Below are positions 48,845 to 59,396 of a stretch of DNA of 64,000 bases, piece by piece. Where the stretch lies: contig JBCCQY010000019.1 in assembly GCA_039208735.1 (NCBI GenBank), positions 1 to 64,000 on the forward strand. Direction: 5' to 3'. Position numbers and translations under genes: made by a program. A model generated the notes under the pieces. That model searched no databases, was not told where the DNA came from, and saw only the letters and a program-made list of their open reading frames with translations. This DNA is from Myxococcota bacterium. Lineage in GTDB: Bacteria > Myxococcota_A > UBA796 > GCA-2862545. How positions within the stretch are numbered: position 1 is the stretch's first letter; each line of letters begins with the position of its first letter.

Positions 48845-51535
48845 GTGTTACAAATTACGCCTCCTTCGGAGTACGTGATGCCGCCGCAAGACCGGCGTGA
48901 AAGGGTCGTTCATCTGTCGGACGGGCACATCGCACTCGACGAGGGCACTGCGGTGCGCCATGGCCAGTCCATCGAGTTCACGCGGACCGAATGGCGATTG
49001 CTGAAGTTCTTGCATGAACAGGCGACCCCGGTGCCATTCCGCACCCTGCTCAACGAGGTTTGGGGCTACGCCGAAGCAAGCTCCTCGCGGGCGCCCTACG
49101 TCGCCATTCAACGGCTGCGCAGCAAGATCGAGGTTGACCCGCGGGCGCCCGTTCATCTCCGCTCCGTCCCCGGGTCGGGCTACCAACTCGTCGGGAGTGC
49201 CGAAACAGCCCCCGCCGCTCCACCCGTGGCCACCGAACTCTTCGGACGTGAAGACGATCTGGCCTCCCTACAAGCACTCTTCCAAGCATCAGGCGGCTTT
49301 CTCTTGGTGTTTGGACCGGCTGGCGTCGGCAAGACAACGTTGGTCAAGGCAGCCCAGGAACGAGGGCTCCTCGGTACGGTCGTGATGGCAGACGCCAGCA
49401 TTCCCGACACCCCGCTGCTTTCGCTCATCGCGTCCGCCTACGAACTTTCGGCCGACATCGACGCTGCCCTCGCGCTGCCGCGAACCATGGCGCGTCGGGG
49501 GCCCCATACGCTGGTGATCGACAACGCCGAAACCCACGGTGATGCCCTCACGGACTGGCTCTCCACCCCTCTGCCCCCCGAGACTCGGCTCGTCGTTACC
49601 TCCCGTATTCGACTTCGTCTTCCTGATGAGCGCGTGCTTGCATTGGGTCCGGTCGATCCGGCAGCCGGCATCTCGATTATGACGAGCGTGGCACGCCGCC
49701 AGAATTCTAGTTTTGAGCTTACTTCACAAGATTTGAAGCATCTTGAGACGCTGGCGCGTGACCATCTCGACGGTCTGCCGCTCGCGCTCGAACTTGCCGG
49801 TGGGCGCCTGGCGTTGATGTCACCCAGCGACCTGTTGGCTCGAATCGAAAGACGATTTCAGCTGCTTCGTGGCACCCCATCGGGCCGTTGGACCAGCCTG
49901 AAGGCGGCGATTGAGTGGTCGTGGGATCAGCTGGCCGACGAAGAACAACAGGCGCTCATGCAGGCGGCCTACTTCGAGGGTGGGTTCGACCTTGCGACGG
50001 CCGAACAGGTCATCGCGGTGCCCCACCGCTGGGTGGTTGATGTGTTGCAGTCGTTACTCGACCAGTCGCTGCTCCACCGTACCGATGAACCCGGCCGTCC
50101 GTTTGTGCTGCTGGCGTCGATCCGCGACTTCGCGCGGTCCGCACTCGCTCGGTGGCCCGGACGCAGCGACGTTGAGGCCCGCCACCGCCAATGGGCCGCT
50201 GAAGTTGCCCGGGACTACCTTGTAGCCGCAGGCGAACTCGAGGGCTGCGACGATATCAATCAAGAAAGCCGGCTTGGCACCTATCTCGCCACCCAAGAAC
50301 GGAACCTGTGGCTTGCGCTCGACTCGGCACGCGAACATGAAGAGCATGAGTCCGCAGCACTTGTGGCTCGCACACTCCAACGGCTGACCTACCTTCGGGG
50401 GTCCCGGAGCGCCGAGACGCTCTCCCGCACCATCGAGGATGTCCTAAGCAACCTGTCCATCGACAACGACCTCTGGTTGCACCTTGCCGGTCATCAGGCC
50501 CGGATCGACCTACGACCCGAGACATTGGCCCGACTCCAGGCGCTCGACCACGAAGGCTGGACATCGATTCGCCGAGTCTCCCTGTTGTACTCGATCTCGA
50601 TCGCCGCTCGGCTTCGCACGGACTTGGAGAGCGCCAAGTCCGCATTGTCCCAGGCCCTCGCATTGGCCTCAAAGGAAGCGAACCTTCCGCTCGGGAAGCG
50701 TGTGAGGTTGAAGCTTGAGCAAATTCGGGTGGGGGTAACCGACCTTTCCATGCCATTTCAGGAGAGTCGGGCGATCTGCGAAGATCTAGTCCGGCAGTTG
50801 GGCCCCGAGCCTTCACCGCTGCAGGCTCACTTGCTTGACCAGGCCGCCAACCGATCGATTACGCTCGGCGAACTCCGCAGAGCAAAGGTTCACATTGACC
50901 AGGGCCTTGCCATTGCAAATGCGCAGAGCCCCATCTTGACCGTCCACCTCACGTCGACGCTCGCACGCTGGTTCCTAAACCAGCGCGACTCCGAAAGGGG
51001 AGATCAAACCTTTATCGAAGCGGAAGAGATGGCGGCCGCTATGGATCGGTGGGATCTGTGGTGGTGGTGCCGTCTAAACCGAGTCGAACTCGCGCTGATC
51101 GAAGCCCGCCTCGATGATGCGACGACGCTTTGGAATACGCTTCCGCCACGACGTCGACTCCCTGTGGCCACCGCCACCATGGCCACAGAAGCCGAGGCCT
51201 GGTTCCTCTCAAGCCAGGGACGAGTAGCCGCGGCCGAACAGACGTTGCTCGCCGAAGCGTCCGGGATCTTCACGCCCCAAATCACCATGCAGTTGGTCTG
51301 GCTGGCCATGTTCACAGGCCGTGCGGAAGAGGCCGTGCAACGGTTTGCACCACTCCGTGAACGGGTGCCCAACCTCGGACCCACGGGCGACGCGATGATC
51401 GAATGCGTCGCGCGGTTCGCGGAGGGATGGGAACGCCATGAGACCCGCCTCGTCAACTTGGCGGCGCAATGGTGGTCCATCCATCGCCTGGTCCTCCGAC
51501 ACCCCTTAAGTCCGCTGCGGTCTGGCCACGGTTGA
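48845..51535 (+). CDS. Winged-helix (OmpR C-terminal type) - STAND ATPase - TPR regulator
   Basis: FTRTEWRLL, EVWGY, IQRLRSKIEVDPRAPVHLRSVPGSGY; GPAGVGKT; LDGLPLALELAGGR. Confidence 0.88.
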   Translation: MLQITPPSEYVMPPQDRRERVVHLSDGHIALDEGTAVRHGQSIEFTRTEWRLLKFLHEQATPVPFRTLLNEVWGYAEASSSRAPYVAIQRLRSKIEVDPRAPVHLRSVPGSGYQLVGSAETAPAAPPVATELFGREDDLASLQALFQASGGFLLVFGPAGVGKTTLVKAAQERGLLGTVVMADASIPDTPLLSLIASAYELSADIDAALALPRTMARRGPHTLVIDNAETHGDALTDWLSTPLPPETRLVVTSRIRLRLPDERVLALGPVDPAAGISIMTSVARRQNSSFELTSQDLKHLETLARDHLDGLPLALELAGGRLALMSPSDLLARIERRFQLLRGTPSGRWTSLKAAIEWSWDQLADEEQQALMQAAYFEGGFDLATAEQVIAVPHRWVVDVLQSLLDQSLLHRTDEPGRPFVLLASIRDFARSALARWPGRSDVEARHRQWAAEVARDYLVAAGELEGCDDINQESRLGTYLATQERNLWLALDSAREHEEHESAALVARTLQRLTYLRGSRSAETLSRTIEDVLSNLSIDNDLWLHLAGHQARIDLRPETLARLQALDHEGWTSIRRVSLLYSISIAARLRTDLESAKSALSQALALASKEANLPLGKRVRLKLEQIRVGVTDLSMPFQESRAICEDLVRQLGPEPSPLQAHLLDQAANRSITLGELRRAKVHIDQGLAIANAQSPILTVHLTSTLARWFLNQRDSERGDQTFIEAEEMAAAMDRWDLWWWCRLNRVELALIEARLDDATTLWNTLPPRRRLPVATATMATEAEAWFLSSQGRVAAAEQTLLAEASGIFTPQITMQLVWLAMFTGRAEEAVQRFAPLRERVPNLGPTGDAMIECVARFAEGWERHETRLVNLAAQWWSIHRLVLRHPLSPLRSGHG

Positions 51536-51716
51536 ATTGCACAACACGGTGACTGAAACCCGTTTGCGTCACTTCAAGGCGACCGAGCCTCCAAGCCAAG
51601 CAAGCGTAAATCTTCACTTTTCACCATCGCAAAGATTGAACGAAACTGTGAAATGCGGTGCAACGACCTCGACAGGTACAGCTCCGTTGCCAATTCGGCC
51701 ACCACACGGAGAAAAC

Positions 51717-52379
51717 ATGTTGCTTCTCATTGCAGCTGGGCTTTCAACAGCTCTCGCGCAGGTCCAAGATCCAAGGGATGATCCCGACTTCGGAGACTCC
51801 CTGCCTCCCGAGTGTCCCACCGAACGCGTGTTCGATTGTGAAAACCTGCGTCCCGCAGGAGGCCCGGTATGCACGCAGTTCGTCACGACCCGAACCTACA
51901 CGCCGGACGCCCTCGGCAACTGCATCCTGACCAACATCGAGCAGTTCACAGCTTCACCGGCCGACCTGTCGGTCGAGGACTGCCCCACGGACCGTCCTCC
52001 CCAAGAGACCCCCGTCGCTGGCGACGAGGACATCTGCCCCGACATCACGACCTCGACGTGGGACGTGATGTCGCCGGACACGTTCTGTTGCGGCACCTGC
52101 AGCGTCATGGCGTTTGAGCCTCAGGCGCGTCAGATCTTGGTCGGACCGAACGCCGGGGAGTGGTTTTGCGTGCCGATCGATGCCGATCCTTCGACGCCAG
52201 GACTCGACCCCGTGACCCGGGGCGAGTTCTGCTTCCCAGGAGACTGCACCCCAGGCTCTGCCGACGCGGCTGAACTCGGGGTGGACAAAATCGGGAAGAT
52301 CATCATCGACCCCGCATTCGGCAAGACCAAGTTCAACCTCTGGTGGGGCTATCTGGGCCCCGAGTTCGACATCGAGTAA
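51717..52379 (+). CDS. Secreted Cys-rich acidic hypothetical protein
   Basis: GGAG RBS; signal MLLLIAAGLSTALA; many Cys. Confidence 0.7.
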   Translation: MLLLIAAGLSTALAQVQDPRDDPDFGDSLPPECPTERVFDCENLRPAGGPVCTQFVTTRTYTPDALGNCILTNIEQFTASPADLSVEDCPTDRPPQETPVAGDEDICPDITTSTWDVMSPDTFCCGTCSVMAFEPQARQILVGPNAGEWFCVPIDADPSTPGLDPVTRGEFCFPGDCTPGSADAAELGVDKIGKIIIDPAFGKTKFNLWWGYLGPEFDIE

Positions 52380-52425
52380 TCTGACCGACCGACCCGGTGC
52401 GCGGCGCGTGTGTCGCGCCCCGAGG

Positions 52426-52824
52426 TCAACCGGGCCACCCTCCCAAGATGAGGCCCATGACGACGAACGAGACCATGTGGTAGCCCCCGTTGATCAACCA
52501 CAGACCTAGCGGCCTGCGCTCGAAGAGGTAGGTGACGCCCATGCCGAGCGCCACCCACCCGAAACCCGCGGCAAAGGAAGCGCCCGTCGCGAAGGCCAAG
52601 GACGGTTTGGGCCCCAGAAAGGCGGCCAGATTCAGCGCCATGACCAGCTGGAGCACAAAGGCTCCGCCGAACACGCGCCCCGGGTTTTGACCGAGTTCGG
52701 CTTCGGAAAGGTCCAGATAGGTCATCCATCGTCCGCCGAACAACAATGGCGAGTACCATAGGCCGCCCACTGCGAACGTGGCCAGCGCGGCCACGAGCGC
52801 TGCCACAAGATTGAGTCCGTCCAT
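52426..52824 (-). CDS. DUF1761-family membrane protein
   Basis: GGLWYSPLLFGGRWM...YLFERRP...INGGYH. Confidence 0.85.
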   Translation of the reverse strand: MDGLNLVAALVAALATFAVGGLWYSPLLFGGRWMTYLDLSEAELGQNPGRVFGGAFVLQLVMALNLAAFLGPKPSLAFATGASFAAGFGWVALGMGVTYLFERRPLGLWLINGGYHMVSFVVMGLILGGWPG

Positions 52825-52848
52825 CGTGCCTCCGTAGGGGACCCCACC

Positions 52849-53961
52849 ATGGCCCAGCCACCTCCTTCTGTCGCCCTCGACCTCGCTGAACCGGGACGTG
52901 CGGAGGCTGAGGCGCGATGGGGGACCCCCGAACGGGTCACCATTCGCGTACGGGACCGAATCGACGACCGCTGGCTCATGACCCTCCTCATCCCGAGCTT
53001 CGGCATTGCGATTTCCCACAGTACCGGTTTGTTTAGCGGCCTTTCGACGGGCCATCCGGCATGGTGGTGGGGTCACGCCTGGTTCGTAGGCGGAGCTGGG
53101 CTCATCTATGGCGCGAATCGCACGTTGTTGTTCGCAGGCCGGCGCCACGCGGATTGGTTTTCGCGCCCGTTGGCGCGACTTGTCCTGCTCGTCACCGGCA
53201 TCGTGTTCGGGACCGTACCGACTACGGTAGTGATGCTGCAGGGATGGCACGCCCTTTCCGGGGTCCCGCTCGGCGATGCGTTTCGTGAAGTGTTGCTCAT
53301 CAACATCATTTGCGTGCTGTTTGTGACGTGGCTCTACGAAATGCTGTTCCTCATCCGCGAACGGGTTGACGACCAGGTCCGCGCCGCGGAGCTTCGCGCC
53401 GCCCAGACCCGAGCCGAATTTGCCGCGCTTCGAGCCCAGGTCCAACCTCACTTCCTCTTCAATGCCTTGAACACGCTGTCGGCCTTGATCGAAACGCGGC
53501 CCTCCGATGCACAGAGGTTCGTCGAACAACTTGCGCAGGTCTACCGATCCCTACTCGACACTCGTGGACGGACCACCGTCCCGTTGACCGAGGAACTCGA
53601 ACTCGCTTACGCGTATGCCACCCTGCTCGACCTCCGCTACGGCGGAGCGGTCACCACCGAGGTCCGGATGCCAGACAATCCCCACCAATGGCGAATCGTA
53701 CCTGGCGCGATCCAGCTCCTGCTGGAAAACGTCATTCGACACAATCGAGTTGATCCGGACGCCCCTCTTCCGGTCGTGGTCGATGCGACGTCAGGAGCCT
53801 TGACGGTCTCGCACCCCCTCCGACCGCGACCGGTATCGCCCGGAACGGGTACGGGCCTGGCCAACCTCGACGCCCGCAGCCGCGCCGTGACGGGGCGTCC
53901 CATCGAAATCCAGGCCCACGAACGATTCCGCGTCACGGTCCCCATGGTCTCTGTGTCGTGA
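52849..53961 (+). CDS. LytS/YehU-type sensor histidine kinase
   Basis: Multiple TM helices; LRAQVQPHFLFNALNTL; QLLLENVIRHN; GTGLANL; true start may be further downstream. Confidence 0.9.
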   Translation: MAQPPPSVALDLAEPGRAEAEARWGTPERVTIRVRDRIDDRWLMTLLIPSFGIAISHSTGLFSGLSTGHPAWWWGHAWFVGGAGLIYGANRTLLFAGRRHADWFSRPLARLVLLVTGIVFGTVPTTVVMLQGWHALSGVPLGDAFREVLLINIICVLFVTWLYEMLFLIRERVDDQVRAAELRAAQTRAEFAALRAQVQPHFLFNALNTLSALIETRPSDAQRFVEQLAQVYRSLLDTRGRTTVPLTEELELAYAYATLLDLRYGGAVTTEVRMPDNPHQWRIVPGAIQLLLENVIRHNRVDPDAPLPVVVDATSGALTVSHPLRPRPVSPGTGTGLANLDARSRAVTGRPIEIQAHERFRVTVPMVSVS

Positions 53962-54704
53962 AGGTGGTGTTGATCGAGGATGAGGTGCCCGCGCTCGAGC
54001 ACCTTGAACGCATGTTGAAGCGGTGTCGGCCGAGCTTCTCGGTGGTGGCGCGCCTGCGTACGGTGCGCCAGGTCCGGTCTTGGTTCGCCGCGCATGGAGC
54101 GACGTGCGACCTGATTGTAGCGGACATCCACCTCGGCGACGGTAACGCACTGGATGCCTTCGCCGAACTCGATCGAGCGGTTCCCGTCATCTTTGCCACG
54201 GCCCACGATCAATACTTAGCCCAGGCCTTCGATTGGAACGGCGTGGCCTACCTGCTCAAACCCATCCAGGATCGAGACCTCGAAGCGGCGCTGGAGCGTC
54301 TCGAACGCCTTGAACGACACTTTTTGGGCAGCTTACGGTCTCTGGTGCAAGGCCTCGAGGCTGCCCCGACGCGCATGGTCGGTCGCCGAGGACGGGATTG
54401 GGTTGGGGTTTCCGTCGCGGACGTCCGCTGGATTCGAGTTCGCCGCGGGATGACCACTGCTTTTGTGGCCGATGGCGCCGAGCTGTTGCTCGAGGACCCT
54501 CTGAATCGGCTGCAAGATCTTCTCGAGCCAGCCGGGTTCTTCCGTGCGAATCGGTGGTACCTGGTGTCGCTTGGTGCGGTGACCCGGGTGCGCCCTGTCG
54601 GCCGGGGTCGGCTCGAGCTGGTGCTCGCTCCAGCCGCGGACGAGGTCGTTGAAGTCCCGCAGACCCACGCTCAGGCGTTCAAGGCCTGGTTTGGCGTGCC
54701 CTGA
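53958..54704 (+). CDS. LytTR-family response regulator
   Basis: IEDE, DIHLGDG, FATAHD, YLLKP, FFRANR. Confidence 0.93.
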   Translation: MKVVLIEDEVPALEHLERMLKRCRPSFSVVARLRTVRQVRSWFAAHGATCDLIVADIHLGDGNALDAFAELDRAVPVIFATAHDQYLAQAFDWNGVAYLLKPIQDRDLEAALERLERLERHFLGSLRSLVQGLEAAPTRMVGRRGRDWVGVSVADVRWIRVRRGMTTAFVADGAELLLEDPLNRLQDLLEPAGFFRANRWYLVSLGAVTRVRPVGRGRLELVLAPAADEVVEVPQTHAQAFKAWFGVP

Positions 54705-54734
54705 CGCCAGGAGGACCGCAACGCTCCTTGACGC

Positions 54735-55664
54735 CTATTCAGTGGGTGCCACGAGTTCGGCCTGCACGCCCGTGATCACGAAGATCAACGTGTAGCCATC
54801 GGCCATGGCTGGATTGAAAGGGCAGTCCGTACCCAGAATTTCGGTGTCGTCCCCATCGACACAGCGATCGATCACACCGTCGTCATCGTCGTCGAAAAGG
54901 CGTTCAAGGCCATCACCATCGATGTCTTCGTCGGGCTGGAGGCCAAAGAAACCACAGCCTGTGGCCAAGACGTCAAGGAGCGAGCCACTGCCGCAGTTCT
55001 CACCGAGAGGATTCGGGGTCAACGCCAACAGGGACATGCCGAGGGCCCCCCGCAGGCGGCCGTCTTCGAGCGTGCGAACCGTACCATCCTGGACGGTGAG
55101 GTCTCCGGAGATGGTGAGATTCGACAACGGCAACGGAAACGCATCGCCGATGAGCTCGAGTGCGCCCAGGCCCGAAGCCTCGAGACGGCCGTTCGTAAGC
55201 GACGCATCCACAAAGTGGAGCACGGGCTCACCATCGACCTGTGCACCAGGTCCCAAACCGAAGGTCTCGGGACGCTCCGGGTCAAAGTTGTCGGTTGGGT
55301 CGTCGTCCTCATCGTCGAGCAGGTACAACCCGACGCTCGTGTCGTCGTCAGACTGAAACTCGGGATCGTCGACGGACCGGAACTCGAGGCCCAACAACAA
55401 CGTGCCCGCATCGATCTGTTCGGCCAACAGCGGGTTCACGACCGTTCCGAGCAACGAAAACGCATGGGCATCCTCGAGCAACCCCGCGATGCGGACGTCG
55501 TCGAGAACCACTGCCGCTCCAACTTCCGGCTTGGGCTCGGGCTTCGGCTCTGGCTTTACGGTTGGGTCAGGCTCGTTCGCGGTCACGACATCGGACCGCA
55601 AACTCGCGTCGGTACCACCACAACCCAAACCCCAGAACAGGAACATTACGCTGCGCATCTGCAC
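54735..55664 (-). CDS. Acidic lipoprotein of unknown function
   Basis: GLGC lipobox; KPEP repeat linker; QPDEDIDGDGLE...CVDGD. Confidence 0.7.
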   Translation of the reverse strand: MQMRSVMFLFWGLGCGGTDASLRSDVVTANEPDPTVKPEPKPEPKPEVGAAVVLDDVRIAGLLEDAHAFSLLGTVVNPLLAEQIDAGTLLLGLEFRSVDDPEFQSDDDTSVGLYLLDDEDDDPTDNFDPERPETFGLGPGAQVDGEPVLHFVDASLTNGRLEASGLGALELIGDAFPLPLSNLTISGDLTVQDGTVRTLEDGRLRGALGMSLLALTPNPLGENCGSGSLLDVLATGCGFFGLQPDEDIDGDGLERLFDDDDDGVIDRCVDGDDTEILGTDCPFNPAMADGYTLIFVITGVQAELVAPTE

Positions 55665-55745
55665 TCCAACTCACCCTCGCGCTTAACCCGGGGGCAAGCG
55701 CTTCTCGAAGTGAATGCAATGTACCTACCTTGCCCACACGCTCGA

Positions 55746-56420
55746 TTAGCGTTTGCGCTTCCTCGCGCCAAATTTGGCTCCGAAGGCGACATCACCAACG
55801 TAAATGAACGGCTGGAAGAAGACCTCAGTGAGATGGGTGTAGGGATTGTAGTAGGTGCGCGCGAGTCGCGCGTGTTCATCCAGATCGAGGTGTCCGTCAA
55901 TATTGCCACCGCGATGTGCGTTCCACCCTCCACCCCCACGGATCTTGAAGAACAATCCAGGCCCAAACATGGCCTCATACCCTGCCAAAACCACAGGGGT
56001 GACGGTAAACCCATTGCGTTGTTGGGCCTGCCGAGACGGGTCCAGATATTGCTGGCGCAGCCCCTGCAACGCCACTCCGGCATCGACGAACCCACTGCTC
56101 CGGTCGGGCTTGAAGTACCATCGACCGGTGTTCACGAGGGCGACATAGTTGTGGCTCAACAAGAAGTCACGGCCCTCAGTGTAAAAGCCATTGAGTTGAC
56201 TGCCTTTGTCGATCTCCAAGAACACCTGTATCCAGAGGTGTTCACTCACTCGCACACCCGACTCAATGCCCCAAGCCGCCCAGTCGGGATGGGTGTTGAG
56301 CATCAACGAACTGAGCTTGATCGGTTCAATGGACCAAACATAGTGGGGCCCGTCCTCATCGAGGGTAGCGCTCGGTTCGTCAGCCAAGGCCGAAGACAGG
56401 GCCAGGATTGGAATCAACAT
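55746..56420 (-). CDS. Probable outer-membrane beta-barrel protein
   Basis: Signal MLIPILALSSALA; amphipathic strands (GRWYF, GFVDAG, AGYEAMFG, FGAKF). Confidence 0.6.
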   Translation of the reverse strand: MLIPILALSSALADEPSATLDEDGPHYVWSIEPIKLSSLMLNTHPDWAAWGIESGVRVSEHLWIQVFLEIDKGSQLNGFYTEGRDFLLSHNYVALVNTGRWYFKPDRSSGFVDAGVALQGLRQQYLDPSRQAQQRNGFTVTPVVLAGYEAMFGPGLFFKIRGGGGWNAHRGGNIDGHLDLDEHARLARTYYNPYTHLTEVFFQPFIYVGDVAFGAKFGARKRKR

Positions 56421-56501
56421 GCGTTCTCCGTTGCGCGGTACGCTGTTTCCAGAACGCATCTGGCGAGCCCTGGCTCGACGGATCGCAAGGACGGTCAGAT
56501 C

Positions 56502-57377
56502 ATGGAAGCCCTCGCTTGGCAGACGGTCGCACAAGTCCTCCAGCAGGTCCAGGGCAACCTCGACCACCCCTGGGACCTCGACCAGATGGCCACCGTGTCT
56601 GGATACGAGCGCCATCACCTCGCCCACCTCTTCAGCGAGATCGTAGGTGAACCGCCGACCCGCTACCTTCGGCGACTCCGGCTCGAGCGCGCCGCCTACG
56701 ACCTGATGTCGGAGCTTCCCGTTGGGGACTCCGCCTATCGGGCCGGCTATGCATCGGGTGAGGCGTTTAGCCGAGCGTTCAAGCGCCAGTTTGGCATCGC
56801 CCCCGCCTCCTTTCGAAAGCACGCCCTCGCGAACTTGAACGAAGCCACCGCTCCGGTGGTGCGAAGGATCTGTGCATCCGATGCCTTTCCCGAGGGCCTA
56901 AGCAGCACACCACGCATCGAAGCCGTCGGCCCATGGCAAGGCTGGACGGTCGTGGTGGACTCGTTCGAACTCGGCGATGTTGCGCAAGGCATGGGCCACC
57001 TCATGCAACGCTGCCCCCCCGATGGACCTTGGCAACTGGGCGGACTAGCGCAGCCTTGGGGATGGCTCGCGAGCGAGACGTCTCGCGAAGCGCGCGAGCT
57101 GCGATGCCTTCGCCTCACGGACGCCATCGAACGAACCCTTCCCCCTCCACTGGTCCGGTGGTCGTGGCCACGGGACTGGTTTGCGGTGTTCGACTACCAA
57201 GGCCCGTTGGACGGCATCTCCGGAGTTTGCCAGTGGATGGCCGCGGCCTGGCCCGAGCGTGTCGGATTGCGGCTGGGCTACGGGCCACTCATCAGCCGCC
57301 TGGAAGGACTGTCGGACCCTACCCAACCCGTTTCGGCAAAACTCTATCTCGTGGTGCGCCCGCTAAGCATGGCATGA
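56502..57377 (+). CDS. AraC-family regulator with C-terminal GyrI-like domain
   Basis: YLRRLRLERAA, AGYASGEAFSRAFKRQFGIAPASFR; FAVFDYQGP. Confidence 0.88.
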   Translation: MEALAWQTVAQVLQQVQGNLDHPWDLDQMATVSGYERHHLAHLFSEIVGEPPTRYLRRLRLERAAYDLMSELPVGDSAYRAGYASGEAFSRAFKRQFGIAPASFRKHALANLNEATAPVVRRICASDAFPEGLSSTPRIEAVGPWQGWTVVVDSFELGDVAQGMGHLMQRCPPDGPWQLGGLAQPWGWLASETSREARELRCLRLTDAIERTLPPPLVRWSWPRDWFAVFDYQGPLDGISGVCQWMAAAWPERVGLRLGYGPLISRLEGLSDPTQPVSAKLYLVVRPLSMA

Positions 57378-57599
57378 GCGCACCCGAAATGGGATTCTAG
57401 TATCAGAATCATTTCGCTCTTACCTCAACTATATCCTGCATTCCCTCATCCGGTATCGTCACTGTCAGCAGCCGCCGACAGGGGACCTCTCGAGCGACAT
57501 CAGCAGTTTAAACATGGCGTTTAGACCGATCACGAACCAAGACCGGGATTTGGCCATCCACATTCGAGCTATTCGTGCCTCTGGCCCCATGGATGGACG

Positions 57600-58355
57600 T
57601 CACTCCATGAACCCGTGCGTGCCTTGTTCCAGCCACTCACGAGCGGCCCGCTTCAGGGCAAGCATGGCCGAGCGGTAGAACCAGCCACCGACCGAAATGC
57701 GTGCGACCCCAGCCTCTGCGAGTTCAGCGACCGTTGGGCCCTCTGGGCTTGCGAGGACGTTCACGGGCACATCCACGGAACGAATCAGCTCACGAATGGT
57801 GTTCAATTCGGTGAGCCCGGGTGCGTACACCACGTCGGCGCCGAGTTCCGCATAGGCTTGCAAGCGTTCGATGGTCGGGCCCAAATCGGTGTGCCCGTGA
57901 AGGTGACGCTCGCAGCGCGCGGTGACCACAAGCGATGAACCGGCCGCTTCGACCGCAGCTTCGACACGGGCCTTCGCTACGTCAAAGGGAAAGATCGGCG
58001 AGGCCATATCGCGGGTGAAGTCCTCGATCGAAGCCCCCGCAAGGTCAGATTTCGCGGCCGCAGCAAATGTCTGGGCCACCGCTTCGGGGGTCTCTCCAAA
58101 CCCGTCCTCAAGGTCTGCGTTCACCGGCAGCAACGACGCTTGGGCGAGGTCGAACGCGTGCTCGAGCGCTTGGTCGCGAGACAGCTGGCCATCTCGCAGG
58201 CCGAGACTCGACGCGTAGCCGGAACTCGTGGTCGCCAGGGCTCCAAAACCGAGCCGAGCGAGCATTCGCGCGCTTCCGCGGTCCCAGACATTGGCAAGGA
58301 GAAGGGGCCCGTCACCGTGGTGCAGGTCGCGAAAAACATCTGTGCGGGTCGGCAT
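57600..58355 (-). CDS. Isocitrate lyase/PEP mutase family protein
   Basis: ANVWDRGSAR, ATTSSG, PVNADLEDGFG, GASIED, GADVVYAPG, GVARISVG. Confidence 0.92.
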   Translation of the reverse strand: MPTRTDVFRDLHHGDGPLLLANVWDRGSARMLARLGFGALATTSSGYASSLGLRDGQLSRDQALEHAFDLAQASLLPVNADLEDGFGETPEAVAQTFAAAAKSDLAGASIEDFTRDMASPIFPFDVAKARVEAAVEAAGSSLVVTARCERHLHGHTDLGPTIERLQAYAELGADVVYAPGLTELNTIRELIRSVDVPVNVLASPEGPTVAELAEAGVARISVGGWFYRSAMLALKRAAREWLEQGTHGFME

Positions 58356-58373
58356 GATTCACCAAAAGCTTGC

Positions 58374-59315
58374 TCACGAAGTAGCATGCGACCCTTCCGT
58401 GCCGTCGAGTCGAGATCGGAAACGCGTCACCGCATCGACCAAGAACTGCCGCACGACGGCAAGCCGCGTGGTGTGACGCAGATCGGGATGGACGAGCACC
58501 CAAAGATCCCATCTGGGCCACGTCGCCACCCCAGGGATGCGGACCAAGTCGGGATCGGGGTCTCCCATGAGGCACGGAAGCACCGCCAACCCCAACCCCG
58601 CACGGGCCGCGGCGATTTGCAGCGCAGCCCCTTCCAAGGCGTGCCGAGTCCGCAGACGGGGGAAGGGGGAAGCCCTGACCCAGGAGGGCAACTCGGGATG
58701 GTCGTCGCCCACCCAGCCCGTCCAAGTGGTGTGCTCGCCGGGTTGTCGAGGGTCGTGGTCGGCGAGCCACCGGCGCGAAGCGTAGACTCCCTGGTGCACC
58801 ACCGCCACCCGGCGTCCCACCAGCTCTTCTCGGGGTGACGTTCCCACCGCCCGAAGCCTCACTGCAAGGTCGGCCTGGCGGCCGCCGAGATCCACGAGGT
58901 CGTAGGTGGACGAAAGTTCAAGATCCAACGCAGGATAGCGACGAGCAAAGTCCACGAAATCGGGCATCAACAGGTGAGTGACGAGTAAATCTGGCGCGCT
59001 GATCCGGATTCGACCACTCAATCGTTGATCATGGCCCAATACGGTTCGTTCAAGCCCCGTGACTTCACGCTGCACCACGCGAGCCGCATCAATGACCAGT
59101 TGGCCCACGGCATTGGGGATCCACCGCCCCCCTTCTCGCTCAAAGACCCTGGCTCCCAGCCGTTCCTGAAGGGTGCTGAGTCGACGAGCGACCGTAGTGT
59201 GCGAAAGCCCGAGGTGACCCGCCGCCGCTCGGAGGGTGCCGGCCTCAGCAATCGCCACCACCACGCGAAGGTCGTTGAGGTCGAGGTCATCAAACAGTCG
59301 TGGGTCTTGGTGCAT
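58374..59315 (-). CDS. LysR-family transcriptional regulator
   Basis: AGTLRAAAGHLGLSHTTVARRL; ADLAVRL; GLGLAVLPC; WVLVHPDLR. Confidence 0.92.
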   Translation of the reverse strand: MHQDPRLFDDLDLNDLRVVVAIAEAGTLRAAAGHLGLSHTTVARRLSTLQERLGARVFEREGGRWIPNAVGQLVIDAARVVQREVTGLERTVLGHDQRLSGRIRISAPDLLVTHLLMPDFVDFARRYPALDLELSSTYDLVDLGGRQADLAVRLRAVGTSPREELVGRRVAVVHQGVYASRRWLADHDPRQPGEHTTWTGWVGDDHPELPSWVRASPFPRLRTRHALEGAALQIAAARAGLGLAVLPCLMGDPDPDLVRIPGVATWPRWDLWVLVHPDLRHTTRLAVVRQFLVDAVTRFRSRLDGTEGSHATS

Positions 59316-59396
59316 GTGTAGACCACCATGGCACGAAACTGGGCATCGTGGCACGGATTCGTGCCAGGTACAGCACCCACACCAACGGAGGTTGTG

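Noticed and set aside
52825..53529. N-terminal extension of the DUF1761 ORF
   Set aside because: Antisense to the histidine kinase gene
55215..56501. Apparent 720-aa AraC fusion protein
   Set aside because: The extension is antisense to two genuine minus-strand genes; AraC starts at 56502
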